Shown here: one piece after another, positions 1 to 9,026 of the stretch
Layout: every line of letters starts with the position of its first letter
How positions within the stretch are numbered: position 1 is the first letter of the stretch
NCBI GenBank assembly: GCA_005116945.1
Contig: SWDH01000002.1
Span: forward strand, 44,621-68,620
DNA length: 24,000 nt
Source: Nitrospira sp.
GTDB lineage: Bacteria > Nitrospirota > Nitrospiria > Nitrospirales > Nitrospiraceae
Reading direction: 5' to 3'
Program-made: the position numbers and the translations under genes
The notes under the pieces: model-generated
Told to the model about the DNA's origin: nothing
Seen by the model: the letters and a program-made list of their open reading frames with translations, nothing else
Databases searched by the model: none

Positions 1-758
1 GGAAATCGATCCAAGCTATAGACATGCCACGGCTCACTAAGCTCTTGCCCATCGTCGATTCGACTCACTTGTTGTCCCGCAAATAGCCGAACTGCATCTT
101 GCCGCCGTTTCCACATCACATCCAAATCCCTCAACCTAAGCCAGTCGACACGCGCCTCATTCACCGCCCCTACCCGCTCCCACAACACAGCGGACAACAA
201 CAGATTCACCGGATCTTCGCCGTAATTGTAGAGCGGCGTAAAAAGCTCATGATCCAATTGCCTGAGTTCGACCTTCGCCTCTTCCAGTTTATGCACGTTC
301 GCATAGCTCGCCGCCAGCAGGAGACTGAGATAGCCGCGTTCATAACTTTCCATCACATAATCAATGAAGGAACCTTCCGGCACAAAGATGTTGCTTGTCT
401 CCTTCACGAGGGAGAACGTCTTATGCCGGAATTCCAACCGGGCCTTTTCACCATGAACGATCACGAGGTCATAACACTGCCCCGCAAACGCATCGGCCAG
501 TCGGTTGAGTGTCCCGATCCTGTCTGAAAAATTGATCTGCCCTTCAATCTCTGAACAGGACAACCCTTTCAGGATCTTCCCGCCCCCTGTCTGGCAGCCG
601 GAAAGGCTCATCAATAGACCCATGGCTAACACGGCTATGCACCGCGCAGGACTCTCAAAAAACTCCGTCTTCTCACCCGTCCAAGCCTGGCGCACCAAGA
701 CGAGAATTTTCCCAAGCAAGACCGCAGCCCCTCGACTCACGCTCGTGTCACGTTTCAC
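1..758 (-). CDS. hypothetical lipoprotein, partial (3' end runs off the left edge)
   Basis: Absent from the supplied ORF track because it has no stop in the window. My own minus-strand translation is uninterrupted from about 758 to 1: ...ARCIAVLAMGLLMSLSGCQTGGGKILKGLSCSEIEGQINFSDRIGTLNRLADAF...YERGYLSLLLAASYANVHKLEEAKVELRQLDHELF...WHVYSLDRF. It has a lipobox LSGC after a hydrophobic stretch. The start is ambiguous: GTG 758 (GAGG 8 nt upstream), GTG 695 or ATG 623. The listed plus-strand ORFs 99..527 and 505..861 are shadows of this gene. Confidence 0.55.
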   Translation of the reverse strand, partial: MKRDTSVSRGAAVLLGKILVLVRQAWTGEKTEFFESPARCIAVLAMGLLMSLSGCQTGGGKILKGLSCSEIEGQINFSDRIGTLNRLADAFAGQCYDLVIVHGEKARLEFRHKTFSLVKETSNIFVPEGSFIDYVMESYERGYLSLLLAASYANVHKLEEAKVELRQLDHELFTPLYNYGEDPVNLLLSAVLWERVGAVNEARVDWLRLRDLDVMWKRRQDAVRLFAGQQVSRIDDGQELSEPWHVYSLDRF

Positions 759-839
759 GCCTTACGCCTCACGATTCCTGGGGGCGAAGCGCAATTACCG
801 CTGGCGGACTCTTTCAGCATCGTTCGTACGATTCCAGAC

Positions 840-1469
840 TTATCGACAAACCGCAGCATAGATCTGTGAAATCTCTCCACTCGTCACATTCCGCCAGTCG
901 CCGGGGTTAAGATCGCCCAGCACAATCGGCCCAATTGCCACTCTCACAAGCCGCAACGTGGGATTCCCCACAGCAGCAGTCATGCGCCTGACCTGTCGAT
1001 TCAGCCCCTCACGGAGTATGATCTCCAGCCAAGCAGTCGGCACGTTTTTACGGAATCGGATGGGCACGGGGCGATCAGGTAACTGCGGATTGTCCGGCAG
1101 CAAACGGACTTCAGCAGGCTTAGTCTTCTTGCCGTTCAGCGCCACTCCTGTTCGCAACTGCTCCAAGGCCTCCTGGCTCGGGATGCGCTCGATTTGCGCG
1201 AGGTACAGCTTTGGCAACGTATGCTGTGGGTCTGTGATGTGATGGGCTAACTTCCCGTCCGACGTCAGAAGCAGCAGCCCCTCACTATCCATATCGAGAC
1301 GACCGGCGGCATAGACTTCAGGCACATCGATATAGTCCGCCAATGTTGGCCGCCCGTTCGGATCGGTAAAACACGGCAACACGCCATAGGGCTTATTGAA
1401 CGCGATGGTGCGGGAAATCTTTTCACGGGAAGATAGGCCGGATGCACTCACAAAGGCTCTTTGAGGCAT
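840..1469 (-). CDS. rluE: 23S rRNA pseudouridine synthase, RluE-type (RsuA family, no S4 domain)
   Basis: 209-aa ORF. FNKPYGVLPCFTDPNGRPTLADYI...VYAAGRLDMDSEGLLLLTSDG carries the catalytic Asp motif of the RsuA/RluB/E/F family. The C-terminal NRQVRRMTAAVGNPTLRLVRV is also typical. The protein is collinear with E. coli RluE as I recall it. Confidence 0.85.
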   Translation of the reverse strand: MPQRAFVSASGLSSREKISRTIAFNKPYGVLPCFTDPNGRPTLADYIDVPEVYAAGRLDMDSEGLLLLTSDGKLAHHITDPQHTLPKLYLAQIERIPSQEALEQLRTGVALNGKKTKPAEVRLLPDNPQLPDRPVPIRFRKNVPTAWLEIILREGLNRQVRRMTAAVGNPTLRLVRVAIGPIVLGDLNPGDWRNVTSGEISQIYAAVCR

Positions 1470-1490
1470 GAAGCTCCACGGAGAAACCGA

Positions 1491-2063
1491 TCAGAACCCG
1501 ATGCTGAGCCCACCGCCGCCACGAGATCCGCCACCGATTCCCACGCCGCCAAAGCCTCCGATAGAAAACCCTGGTTGCCGTTGGCTATAGGATTGAACCC
1601 GCCAGACATGTAGATGCTTCACGATCAGCGTGGGATATCGATACTCGACGTCATCGAGATGATCAGTCTTCGAACCAGACACTTCCCCAACAATCGTCAC
1701 CCTGGTCCCCGCAACCATCGTGGCCGGATCGAGAAATTCCTGCTGCATTGCAAGGAACCGCCCCTGTGATTGTTGGCGATCGTGGCTCGGGGCCTCTCCA
1801 TCATCGAGCGGAAGCTGTAAGAGTTCGATCTGCGTGCCGTCGCGGAGTCGCTTTGCTTTTAGCACCTCACCCCCAAGCACTAGCACGCGCCCCTTATAGG
1901 ATTCCGGTGAGACCGAGAGGTCTCGAAACGAGACCGTTCGATCCACGAGCGATTCCATCGACTCGGGAACGATACGTTGCGATGCGCAGCCTGAGAGCAA
2001 AATGCTGGCAACCAACCAGCAAGAAACAAGATATCGTCTTCGCATGGGCACACTATACCTCAT
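1491..2063 (-). CDS. Slp-family outer-membrane lipoprotein with Gly-rich C-terminal tail
   Basis: 190 aa. Signal peptide plus lipobox (LLSGCAS). The central YKGRVLVLGGEVL...TQIELLQLPLD...GRFLA region is typical of Slp/YeaY-type lipoproteins. The tail is GGFGGVGIGGGSRGGGGLSIGF. AGGA lies 7 nt upstream of the ATG at 2063. Confidence 0.75.
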   Translation of the reverse strand: MRYSVPMRRRYLVSCWLVASILLSGCASQRIVPESMESLVDRTVSFRDLSVSPESYKGRVLVLGGEVLKAKRLRDGTQIELLQLPLDDGEAPSHDRQQSQGRFLAMQQEFLDPATMVAGTRVTIVGEVSGSKTDHLDDVEYRYPTLIVKHLHVWRVQSYSQRQPGFSIGGFGGVGIGGGSRGGGGLSIGF

Positions 2064-2368
2064 GCACCAATCCTACGGCGAGAGCCGTGACCGCTGCGTG
2101 GGTGCTCGCCTACAGCACTTCCCATCTCCCTAGTTCTTGAAACCAACCGACTAGGCCGCATCACAATCTCGTAGGAATCTGTATGGCAAACCCTACAGCG
2201 ATTGCAGCACCTTGCACCAACCCTTGTGCTATCCCCACATCCAGACGACGGTTGTTTTTCGAACCCCATGAGAAGTAAGCCATTCTTTTCACATGTATTT
2301 CTAAGTCATTGGCATTGAGCTTGCTCATCTTTACGATATTCTGCTCGGGACATTCAGAGGAGGAAACT

Positions 2369-3364
2369 ATGCAACGAACCTTGACTGATCGAACCATACC
2401 ACTCCTGACTCCTGCATTGGCCATACTGTGCGCTGTGGCAGTGGTGGGGTGCGTGAGCACGAGCACCCATACACAAACCCTCACCGAACTTGAAGCCGCA
2501 AAGAAAACTTCCGCCCAGCTGCAAATGCAATTGAACCAGGAAGCCACGCAGCGTAAAGCCGCCGAACGGCAGGCTGCTGAGTTGCAGGCCCGCTTGGACG
2601 GCCTCGAAAGAGAAAAGGGGCAACTGAACAGCGAACTCGGGACTGTGCGCGGTCACATCACCGACCTCGAACAGAAGTTCGCGAGCGGAAATGCCTCATC
2701 GCAGGAAGAAATCGCGAAGTTACGGAATCAGGCTTCCGAGCTGGAAGCGAACGCCGCTCGCATCGCGAAGGAGCGCGAACAACTTCGGCAAGAACAGTCG
2801 CAACTTGCAGCAACATTAGAACAAGAACGGCTGGCCAAAGAAGAAGAGATCAAACGGTTGACGCGGACACAAGAAGAACTCTCCAAATCGCTGCAAGACG
2901 AAATTTCCAAAGGCAATATCACCATTCAACAAGTGCGCGATCGCCTCACCATCAATATGGTGGACCGCGTCCTGTTCGATTCGGGCCAAGCACAGGTGAA
3001 ACCTGCCGGCGTGAAAGTTCTGAAACAGGTCAGTGACATTTTGAAAACCGTCACGGACAAACAGATTCGGATCGAAGGCCATACCGACAACAAGCCCATC
3101 AGCACGAAACTCCAGGACCGCTTCAAAACGAATTGGGAACTTTCGACGGCGCGAGCCACGACCGTAGTGCGCTACCTGATCGATCAGGGCAGTGTGGATC
3201 GCCAACACCTCTCCGCAGTCGGGTACGCGGACACACAACCCCGCGCCTCCAACGACTCCGAAGAAGGGCGATCCTCCAACCGTCGAATCGAAATTGTGCT
3301 GTATCCCAAAGACCTCAACAGCATTGCCGGCCAGGCCGGGAGCGCTGCAGCGGTATCGAACTAG
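2369..3364 (+). CDS. OmpA/MotB-domain lipoprotein with long N-terminal coiled coil
   Basis: GGAGGA sits at 2357-2362, before the ATG at 2369. The signal plus lipobox is ALAILCAVAVVGCVS. About 170 aa are heptad-like and Glu/Gln/Leu/Ala/Lys-rich. The C-terminal OmpA_C domain reads NMVDRVLFDSGQAQV...IRIEGHTDNKPI...NWELSTARATTVVRYL...GYADTQP...NRRIEIVL. Confidence 0.85.
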   Translation: MQRTLTDRTIPLLTPALAILCAVAVVGCVSTSTHTQTLTELEAAKKTSAQLQMQLNQEATQRKAAERQAAELQARLDGLEREKGQLNSELGTVRGHITDLEQKFASGNASSQEEIAKLRNQASELEANAARIAKEREQLRQEQSQLAATLEQERLAKEEEIKRLTRTQEELSKSLQDEISKGNITIQQVRDRLTINMVDRVLFDSGQAQVKPAGVKVLKQVSDILKTVTDKQIRIEGHTDNKPISTKLQDRFKTNWELSTARATTVVRYLIDQGSVDRQHLSAVGYADTQPRASNDSEEGRSSNRRIEIVLYPKDLNSIAGQAGSAAAVSN

Positions 3365-3377
3365 CCGTTCATCCTCC

Positions 3378-3406
3378 GGAGGTGCTCACTCTTGGTGAGC
3401 ACCTCC
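3378..3406 (+). terminator. GC-rich stem-loop after the OmpA-domain gene (no U-tract)
   Basis: ggaggtgctcac (3378-3389) pairs perfectly with gtgagcacctcc (3395-3406) around a 5-nt loop, starting 14 nt after the stop at 3364. No T-run follows, so terminator function is inferred only. Confidence 0.45.
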
Positions 3407-3516
3407 CACGTCAATCAGGACTTTCCCCGCTTCCCTACTTCGGTTATGATGCATCGGACTGTTTGATCATCTCGATCACTCCGAAGGAATCGGTCCCACG
3501 TCCAACTGAGGTAACT

Positions 3517-4173
3517 ATGTCGAGAGTCCTACTGCTGATCACGCTCCTCATGATCCCCTTCGGGTTATCCGCCTGTGACACCGTCTATATGACCACGATG
3601 GATAAAATCGGATACGCCAAACGCGATATCTTGAGCAGCCGCGTCAAATCGGCCCGTGATGCGCAGGAAGATGCCAAAAAAGACATTCAAAGCACTTTGG
3701 AGAAATTTGGAAACGTCGTGAGCTACCAAGGCGGAGACCTGGAAGCCACCTATAAGAAACTCAGCGGAGAGCTGGAAAGCAGTGAAGATAGCGCCGAAAC
3801 GGTGCGGAAGCGCATCAAAGACGTCGAAAGCGTGGCCGATGCGCTCTTCTCGGAATGGGAAACCGAACTCGGCCAATACTCCAGCGCAGACTTGCGACGG
3901 AAGAGTGAAGCGAAACTTTCTCAAACCAAATCCCGCTACAAAGAAATGCTCGGCGCCATGAACCGAGCTGAGCAGCGCATCGATCCGGTCCTGAAACCAC
4001 TGCGAGACCAAGTGCTCTATCTCAAACACAACCTCAATGCGCGTGCGCTGGCCGCCATGAAAGGCGAGCTGGTAAAGGTCGACGCCCAAGTCGATCGACT
4101 GGTCCGAGAGATGAACCGCTCCATCGCTGAAGCCGACAAGTTTATTCATTCCATGGAGAAAGAGCCGGCCTAG
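3517..4173 (+). CDS. DUF2959-family lipoprotein
   Basis: The in-frame ATG at 3517 gives MSRVLLLITLLMIPFGLSACDTVYMTTMDKIGYAKRDILSSRVKSARDAQEDAKK..., a lipobox followed by the KRDIL..RV..ARDAQE helical signature I associate with DUF2959. The 128-aa extension listed upstream (3133..3516) overlaps the OmpA gene and looks non-coding. Confidence 0.75.
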   Translation: MSRVLLLITLLMIPFGLSACDTVYMTTMDKIGYAKRDILSSRVKSARDAQEDAKKDIQSTLEKFGNVVSYQGGDLEATYKKLSGELESSEDSAETVRKRIKDVESVADALFSEWETELGQYSSADLRRKSEAKLSQTKSRYKEMLGAMNRAEQRIDPVLKPLRDQVLYLKHNLNARALAAMKGELVKVDAQVDRLVREMNRSIAEADKFIHSMEKEPA

Positions 4174-4213
4174 TCCATCCATTCGACAGACCACGTCTGA
4201 TCAGGAGGTCCCC

Positions 4214-5080
4214 ATGCGCTGGGAAGGACAACGAGAAAGCGACAATGTCGAAGATCGCCGAGGGATGGGACCAGCCAGGGTCGGCGGCGGCGTGGGAGGA
4301 TTGGGACTCGGCGGTATCGTGCTGGTGCTGGCCGTCAGTTATTTCACTGGCATCAATCCCTTGACCCTCATCAACATGCTCAGCGGTGTGCAGAGCCTGC
4401 CGGAATCATCGATTCCCTCTGAGCCAGCACCGACAGGACCGCTCGACGATAAGCTGGGAAAATTCGCGTCGGTCGTCCTCGCCGATACAGAAACCACCTG
4501 GAAGCAACTTCTGGGGCCGCAGTATGAAGACCCTCGACTCGTCCTCTTTACCGGTGGCGTACAATCTGCCTGCGGGACGACATCGTCCGCCGTCGGCCCC
4601 TTCTACTGCCCCATGGATCACAAAGTGTATTTGGACCTGTCCTTCTTCAACGAAATGTCGCACCGCCTGGGCGCACCAGGCGACTTCGCGCAGGCCTATG
4701 TGATTGCCCATGAGGTGGGCCATCACGTGCAGAATCTCATGGGCATCGCCGAAAAGGTCACGCGCCTCCAGCGACAGGCCTCTGAACGAGACGGAAATGC
4801 CTTGTCGGTGCGAATGGAACTGCAGGCCGATTGTTTCGCCGGCGTCTGGGGCCACCATGCCAAGCGTGAACGGAACCTGATCGAGCCAGGCGATTTCGAA
4901 GAAGGATTGCGAGCCGCATCAGCCATCGGCGATGATCAACTCCAAAAAATGTCTCGCGGCGCAGTTCGGCCAGAAAGCTGGACCCACGGCTCCTCCGAGC
5001 AACGCATGACGTGGCTGAAACGCGGACTTGAATCCGGCGATCCGAAGGTCTGTGATACCTTCGCGAGCAACCGCCTATAG
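4214..5080 (+). CDS. ypfJ: YpfJ-family neutral zinc metallopeptidase
   Basis: MRWEGQRESDNVEDRRG N-terminus, one TM segment, HEVGHHVQ zinc motif, and RMELQADCFAGVWGH...GDDQLQ...SFTHGSSEQR...GDP..C. It is collinear with E. coli YpfJ. AGGAGG lies upstream of the ATG. Confidence 0.88.
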   Translation: MRWEGQRESDNVEDRRGMGPARVGGGVGGLGLGGIVLVLAVSYFTGINPLTLINMLSGVQSLPESSIPSEPAPTGPLDDKLGKFASVVLADTETTWKQLLGPQYEDPRLVLFTGGVQSACGTTSSAVGPFYCPMDHKVYLDLSFFNEMSHRLGAPGDFAQAYVIAHEVGHHVQNLMGIAEKVTRLQRQASERDGNALSVRMELQADCFAGVWGHHAKRERNLIEPGDFEEGLRAASAIGDDQLQKMSRGAVRPESWTHGSSEQRMTWLKRGLESGDPKVCDTFASNRL

Positions 5081-5087
5081 TCAGTCC

Positions 5088-5534
5088 ATGGACCAAGAAC
5101 TGGACCAGCCGGAGATCTCCCCTGCACAGGGCCTCTACGCAACCTTACTGGCCGAAGCGCCATGGAACGCAAAATCCGTCATCGCCGCTGGGATTGCAAC
5201 CGCCGGAGGCCTCACCTCATGGGCAGCTCATTGGTCTTCACCAGCTGTAGCAGGCATCAGTGGCAGCTATCTCGCAGGATTTTTCATCGGCTGGGCTTCC
5301 CGGCGATTTCTGAGAATAGCCGCGCTGCTCACCGGCGCGCTACTAGCCGGCATCGCCGTATTGGAAGAGACCGGCTGGATCAATCTCGACTGGACGTCCG
5401 TGGAAACGCAAATCCACCACGCCATTTCAGCCGCACACCGGGAAGCTGAAGGACTGAAACACCTCCTCTCAGGATATCTCCCGTCAACGGGAGCATGGGC
5501 AGTCGGCATGTTCTTCGGATTTCGGAAAAAGTAG
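5088..5534 (+). CDS. FUN14-like small integral membrane protein
   Basis: The ATG at 5088 is 8 nt after the ypfJ stop. The protein has three Gly/Ala-rich TM segments, a GWINLDW motif and a ...GMFFGFRKK end, which resemble FUN14-family proteins. The longer listed start (5028) overlaps ypfJ. Confidence 0.6.
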   Translation: MDQELDQPEISPAQGLYATLLAEAPWNAKSVIAAGIATAGGLTSWAAHWSSPAVAGISGSYLAGFFIGWASRRFLRIAALLTGALLAGIAVLEETGWINLDWTSVETQIHHAISAAHREAEGLKHLLSGYLPSTGAWAVGMFFGFRKK

Positions 5535-5881
5535 CGCGCCACACATTCAGACCGCAAGCACTACGACAGTGATCTAGCCACCTCACAACCGCATCAAGCA
5601 ACGAGCCTGGAATCGCCAGGTGCATCGAACCTGAACATCTGTCAAGCAAGTCTTCGACTCAAAGCGTCTCGGCGCATGACCACGCGGTCGATACCCTGAC
5701 GTGTCTCAATATATCCTAGCTTATCTTCTCCCGCACCTACACTTTGTAGGCACAATTGGTTCGAGCTCTAGTAAAGTCTCCACCACATACTAGAGCTTCC
5801 CCCAGTTCCATTCGCGCTTCAGACATATCATGATTCCTCGCTATTCCTACCTTGATGTCAATAGCAATAGGAGGGTTTGTT

Positions 5882-8617
5882 ATGGAACATGATGTTTCCT
5901 CTTTCATCCGGTTGTGCAACCTGTTTCACCGACAACAGCCTGCCAGTCGTGCGAGAGGGGTGCTGATTGTATGGCTGCTGCCTATGGTAGCGGTGTTCGG
6001 CCTTGCATCGATCAGCGGGGGCCAAGAAATACCCCCAGCACCCAGCAATCCCCCAGTCGTAGAAGAAATCGACAACCCAAACGACAACCTGAACAAGGAT
6101 GTCCCGGGCAAAGATGATCAGGACAAGGATGACCTGGACAAAGATAAAAAAGACAAACAGGAGAAGGCTTCGTACTCCAATCCCACGACCTCCAGTCCCA
6201 TCGCGCTCTCAGCCGATAATACGCTCCTGTGGGTCGTCAATCCGACCGACAATAGTGTTTCCATCATTCGGACCGACAGCAAGCACGTGTTGACAACAAT
6301 CAGGGTGGGTAAGGAGCCGCAAAGTGTCGCGCTCGATCCTAGCAATCGATTTGCCTATGTGGCCAACGCAGCCTCCAACGACGTGAGTGTCATCCAGATT
6401 GACAATCCCGAGCCAGACCATTTTAGGGCCGCCTTACGGAGACATCTCCTCACCGGTGCCGAGCCATGGAATGTGGTCGCGTCACCTGATGGCCTGCGCA
6501 TCTTCGTCTCCAACAGCAGTCAAGATACCATTACGGTCATTAGCGCGGAATCACAGCGCATCATCGGCCATATCGATTTGCGGCAGAGTGTGTGCAATGA
6601 CCCGGATCGCCATCGACACTTTCAGCCTCGCGGGCTAGCTGTCACACAGGACAGTAAGAAGCTGTATGTCACCAGATTCCTGTCGTTCGTCAAACAGGGC
6701 GGCATTCAAGCCGAGGATCTTGGGAAGGAAGGGATTGTCTGCCTCCTGAAGATCGATACACACTCCCGTAACATCGGCGACTACACACCGGTCAAAGCGA
6801 TTGCGTTGGCTCCGCAGCCGACCGGATTTCTTGTCGATACCCCTGGCCCGAATAATACGGCGGGTGACGGGGTGAAGGACGAAACGTTTGCGTTTCCAAA
6901 CCAGATGCAAAGCATCGTCATCCGGGGCGATCAAGCCTATGTGCCGAATATTGCCGCCTCTCCGACGAGTCCACAAATTTTTAACGTGACGACGCAAGCG
7001 TTTGTGAATGTGCTCGGGGATGTGAATGGGGACAACCCCAGCGATGCGAGCACGGAGAAGTTTCTGAATCTTCACCTCGGGGCTCGGAATCCGGAAGCCA
7101 ACAAACGGAGAATCTTTTTTGCCAATGTCTGGGGGATTGGATTTACGAACTCGATCGGACCAGGGACGGCCTACGTGATCTCAGCAGGCAGCGATCTGCT
7201 AGTGAAGGTCAAGGTCGGGGCCGACGGGAAGTTGGAATTCACCGAGGATAACGACACCACCCGGTATATCGACCTCAACGATCCGGACGATCCGCTGACG
7301 AGTGGGGACAACGCCGGAAAGAATCCGCTCGGCATCGTGGTGGATAAGACCGGCACGATTGCCTATACGATGAATAATGTGTCGCGGAATGTGTCAGTGG
7401 TGGATTTATCCCAAGACAAAGTGGTGCAGACGATCAGAACAACCGATCTCCCGCCTCCGGGGTCCAAAGAGGAAGAGATCTTGGTGGGCGCGGAAATGTT
7501 TTTCTCGTCCCGAGGATACTTCAATCCTCCACCAGACGGGTCATCTCGACGAGACCGGCTATCCAGTGAAGGATGGCAGAATTGCGCCAGTTGCCACTTC
7601 GAAGGCTTGACTGACGGGGTCATTTGGTCGTTCGGCAACGGTCCGCGCAAGAGTCTTGCGATGAATGGGACCTTTAACCCCCATAATCGCAAGGAACAGA
7701 AAATCCTGAATAACTCTCCGGCTCGAGATGAGATTGAAGATTTCGACTTGAACATTCGAAACGTATCGGGGCCCGGTCCGAAGGCTGGGCAGCTTGACCC
7801 GGACCACGGGTTGATCATTCCAGAAACCCCTGCCTTGGCCGATATTGCCGATTTTATCGCCAAGGCCAACGCGAACCGAAATCAAGTCACGGTCACGTTA
7901 CCAGGCAATTCAACAGCTGTACCGGCCTGGAACGCGCTGCGAGAGTGGGTCCGTTTCGCAATTCGAACGCCGAACGCGCCGCTGAACTCGAGGCAATTGG
8001 TGGGAGGGGTCTCCCGCGAAAAGATCGAAGCCGGACGGAATCTTTTTACCACACAGCAGTGCCAAACCTGCCATCGCGGCGACCAGTGGACCATCAGCAA
8101 GAAAGATTTCGTTTCTCCACCCGCAACGACCGAGATAGCCACAGAGGTAGCGGGTGCGAATCCACCTCCAAATGGGTCACCGGCTCCTCCTGCCGGTGTC
8201 ACGCCGGTTGGTGCACAATTCCTCTTCCGATTCATCCGGGATATCGGCTCCTTCAATCTGGGGGTGCTCGGCGCCGGCAATCCGATCGGCAACAACATCG
8301 GTGCTGTCGAATGGGCCAACTCGGTGGTCAATGCGGCAGGGGTGGCCCAGCCGCAGTTGTTGGCCTTGGGGAAGGATCACAATGTGGATAAAAGAGGCGA
8401 GGGGTACAACGTCCCGATGAAATTGGGCATCCACAATTCACCGCCCTATTTACACAACGGCGCCTGCGAGACGTTGCTCTGTGTGGTGAGCGACAAAAAC
8501 CACCGCACGGCTAACGGCAAGTTGCCCGATGTCATCGGCAACGATCAAAGTTTACAAGAAATGCTGGCCACATTCCTTGAATCCATCGACGACCTGACTT
8601 TGCCCTTCCCGCCGTAG
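5882..8617 (+). CDS. membrane-anchored YVTN-type beta-propeller fused to a di-heme cytochrome c peroxidase/MauG-like domain
   Basis: AGGAGG at 5870-5875 precedes the ATG at 5882. The N-terminal anchor is RGVLIVWLLPMVAVFGLASI. An Asp/Lys low-complexity linker follows. Repeated blades of the form N.VSVI......IRVG..P..VA..P....AYVAN..SNDVSVI are present. There are two CxxCH sites, CASCH (7583-7597) and CQTCH (8060-8074), and a terminal PPYLHNGACETL motif typical of the CCP/MauG family. Confidence 0.8.
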   Translation: MEHDVSSFIRLCNLFHRQQPASRARGVLIVWLLPMVAVFGLASISGGQEIPPAPSNPPVVEEIDNPNDNLNKDVPGKDDQDKDDLDKDKKDKQEKASYSNPTTSSPIALSADNTLLWVVNPTDNSVSIIRTDSKHVLTTIRVGKEPQSVALDPSNRFAYVANAASNDVSVIQIDNPEPDHFRAALRRHLLTGAEPWNVVASPDGLRIFVSNSSQDTITVISAESQRIIGHIDLRQSVCNDPDRHRHFQPRGLAVTQDSKKLYVTRFLSFVKQGGIQAEDLGKEGIVCLLKIDTHSRNIGDYTPVKAIALAPQPTGFLVDTPGPNNTAGDGVKDETFAFPNQMQSIVIRGDQAYVPNIAASPTSPQIFNVTTQAFVNVLGDVNGDNPSDASTEKFLNLHLGARNPEANKRRIFFANVWGIGFTNSIGPGTAYVISAGSDLLVKVKVGADGKLEFTEDNDTTRYIDLNDPDDPLTSGDNAGKNPLGIVVDKTGTIAYTMNNVSRNVSVVDLSQDKVVQTIRTTDLPPPGSKEEEILVGAEMFFSSRGYFNPPPDGSSRRDRLSSEGWQNCASCHFEGLTDGVIWSFGNGPRKSLAMNGTFNPHNRKEQKILNNSPARDEIEDFDLNIRNVSGPGPKAGQLDPDHGLIIPETPALADIADFIAKANANRNQVTVTLPGNSTAVPAWNALREWVRFAIRTPNAPLNSRQLVGGVSREKIEAGRNLFTTQQCQTCHRGDQWTISKKDFVSPPATTEIATEVAGANPPPNGSPAPPAGVTPVGAQFLFRFIRDIGSFNLGVLGAGNPIGNNIGAVEWANSVVNAAGVAQPQLLALGKDHNVDKRGEGYNVPMKLGIHNSPPYLHNGACETLLCVVSDKNHRTANGKLPDVIGNDQSLQEMLATFLESIDDLTLPFPP

Positions 8618-8636
8618 GCCGGAATGCAGAACAGGG

Positions 8637-8671
8637 AGCTGCGGCGGTCGCGAGCCGACCGTCGCAGCTCA
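8637..8671 (+). terminator. strong GC-rich hairpin after the cytochrome gene
   Basis: gagctgcg-g-cggtcg / cgagc loop / cgaccg-t-cgcagctc forms a 15-bp stem including one G.U pair, starting 20 nt after the stop at 8617. There is no U-tract. Confidence 0.5.
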
Positions 8672-8852
8672 AGTATGAGCACAGCTTCCCCTCTCTCAAT
8701 TTTCGTTGTGATATTCGTGCGTGACGGTGAGGGACTCGACGCTGCCTCACTACAGACATTGAGGCTGGCCCCGCTCGTCAGGCAGGCCGCGCGTCGCGAC
8801 GTTCGGTATAACGCAACGAATTGAGTGTGTTGAACGTCAACTTGGAAATCCC

Positions 8853-8899
8853 AACTGAATCCAATTGGATTCTATGCTGAATCAAAATAGATTCAGTTG
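8853..8899. promoter_or_regulatory. phased inverted-repeat array (candidate enhancer/UAS for a sigma-54 activator)
   Basis: GAATC, GATTC, GAATC and GATTC start at 8857, 8868, 8879 and 8890, exactly 11 bp apart. They are nested in a 47-bp imperfect palindrome, caactgaatc...gattcagttg. This contains the perfect 16-mer gaatccaattggattc (8857-8872) and ctgaatc-N6-gattcag (8877-8896). The centre lies about 136 bp upstream of the -24 element at 9011. A further small palindrome, gttga-acg-tcaac, lies at 8829-8841. Confidence 0.45.
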
Positions 8900-9010
8900 A
8901 GATCGTGCGGGTCATCTTGATCTGCCGTCGTCTTTCCTTTCTACTTCGTGAACCCTGCCAATTTTGAAGATTCTTAGGAAGGATTCCTCAAAGCCAGACA
9001 GAAAACAGGC

Positions 9011-9026
9011 TGGCACGCCTATTGCT
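9011..9026 (+). promoter_or_regulatory. sigma-54 (RpoN) -24/-12 promoter
   Basis: TGGCAC-gccta-TTGCT is an exact match to the TGGCAC-N5-TTGCW core with correct GG-to-GC spacing (12 nt). It faces the sigma-54 activator gene 455 nt downstream. Confidence 0.6.

Noticed and set aside
99-861. Listed plus-strand ORFs 99..527 (142 aa) and 505..861 (118 aa)
   Set aside because: Their products are low-complexity and Pro/Arg/His-rich, with no motifs. The opposite strand carries an uninterrupted frame with a lipobox signal and a sensible helical sequence that runs off the window edge. These ORFs are therefore shadow frames.
3133-3516. N-terminal 128-aa extension of the DUF2959 ORF, and antisense ORF 3565..4194
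   Set aside because: The extension overlaps the OmpA-domain gene and the hairpin at 3378-3406, and encodes Arg/Pro-rich nonsense. The internal ATG at 3517 gives a clean lipoprotein signal. The antisense ORF has no features.
5600-5800. Sigma-54-like strings upstream of the cytochrome gene (ctGGaatcgccaggTGCat and aGGCACaattggttc)
   Set aside because: The GG-to-GC spacing is 13 nt in the first string, and there is no TTGC at the right distance in the second. Neither fits the -24/-12 geometry.
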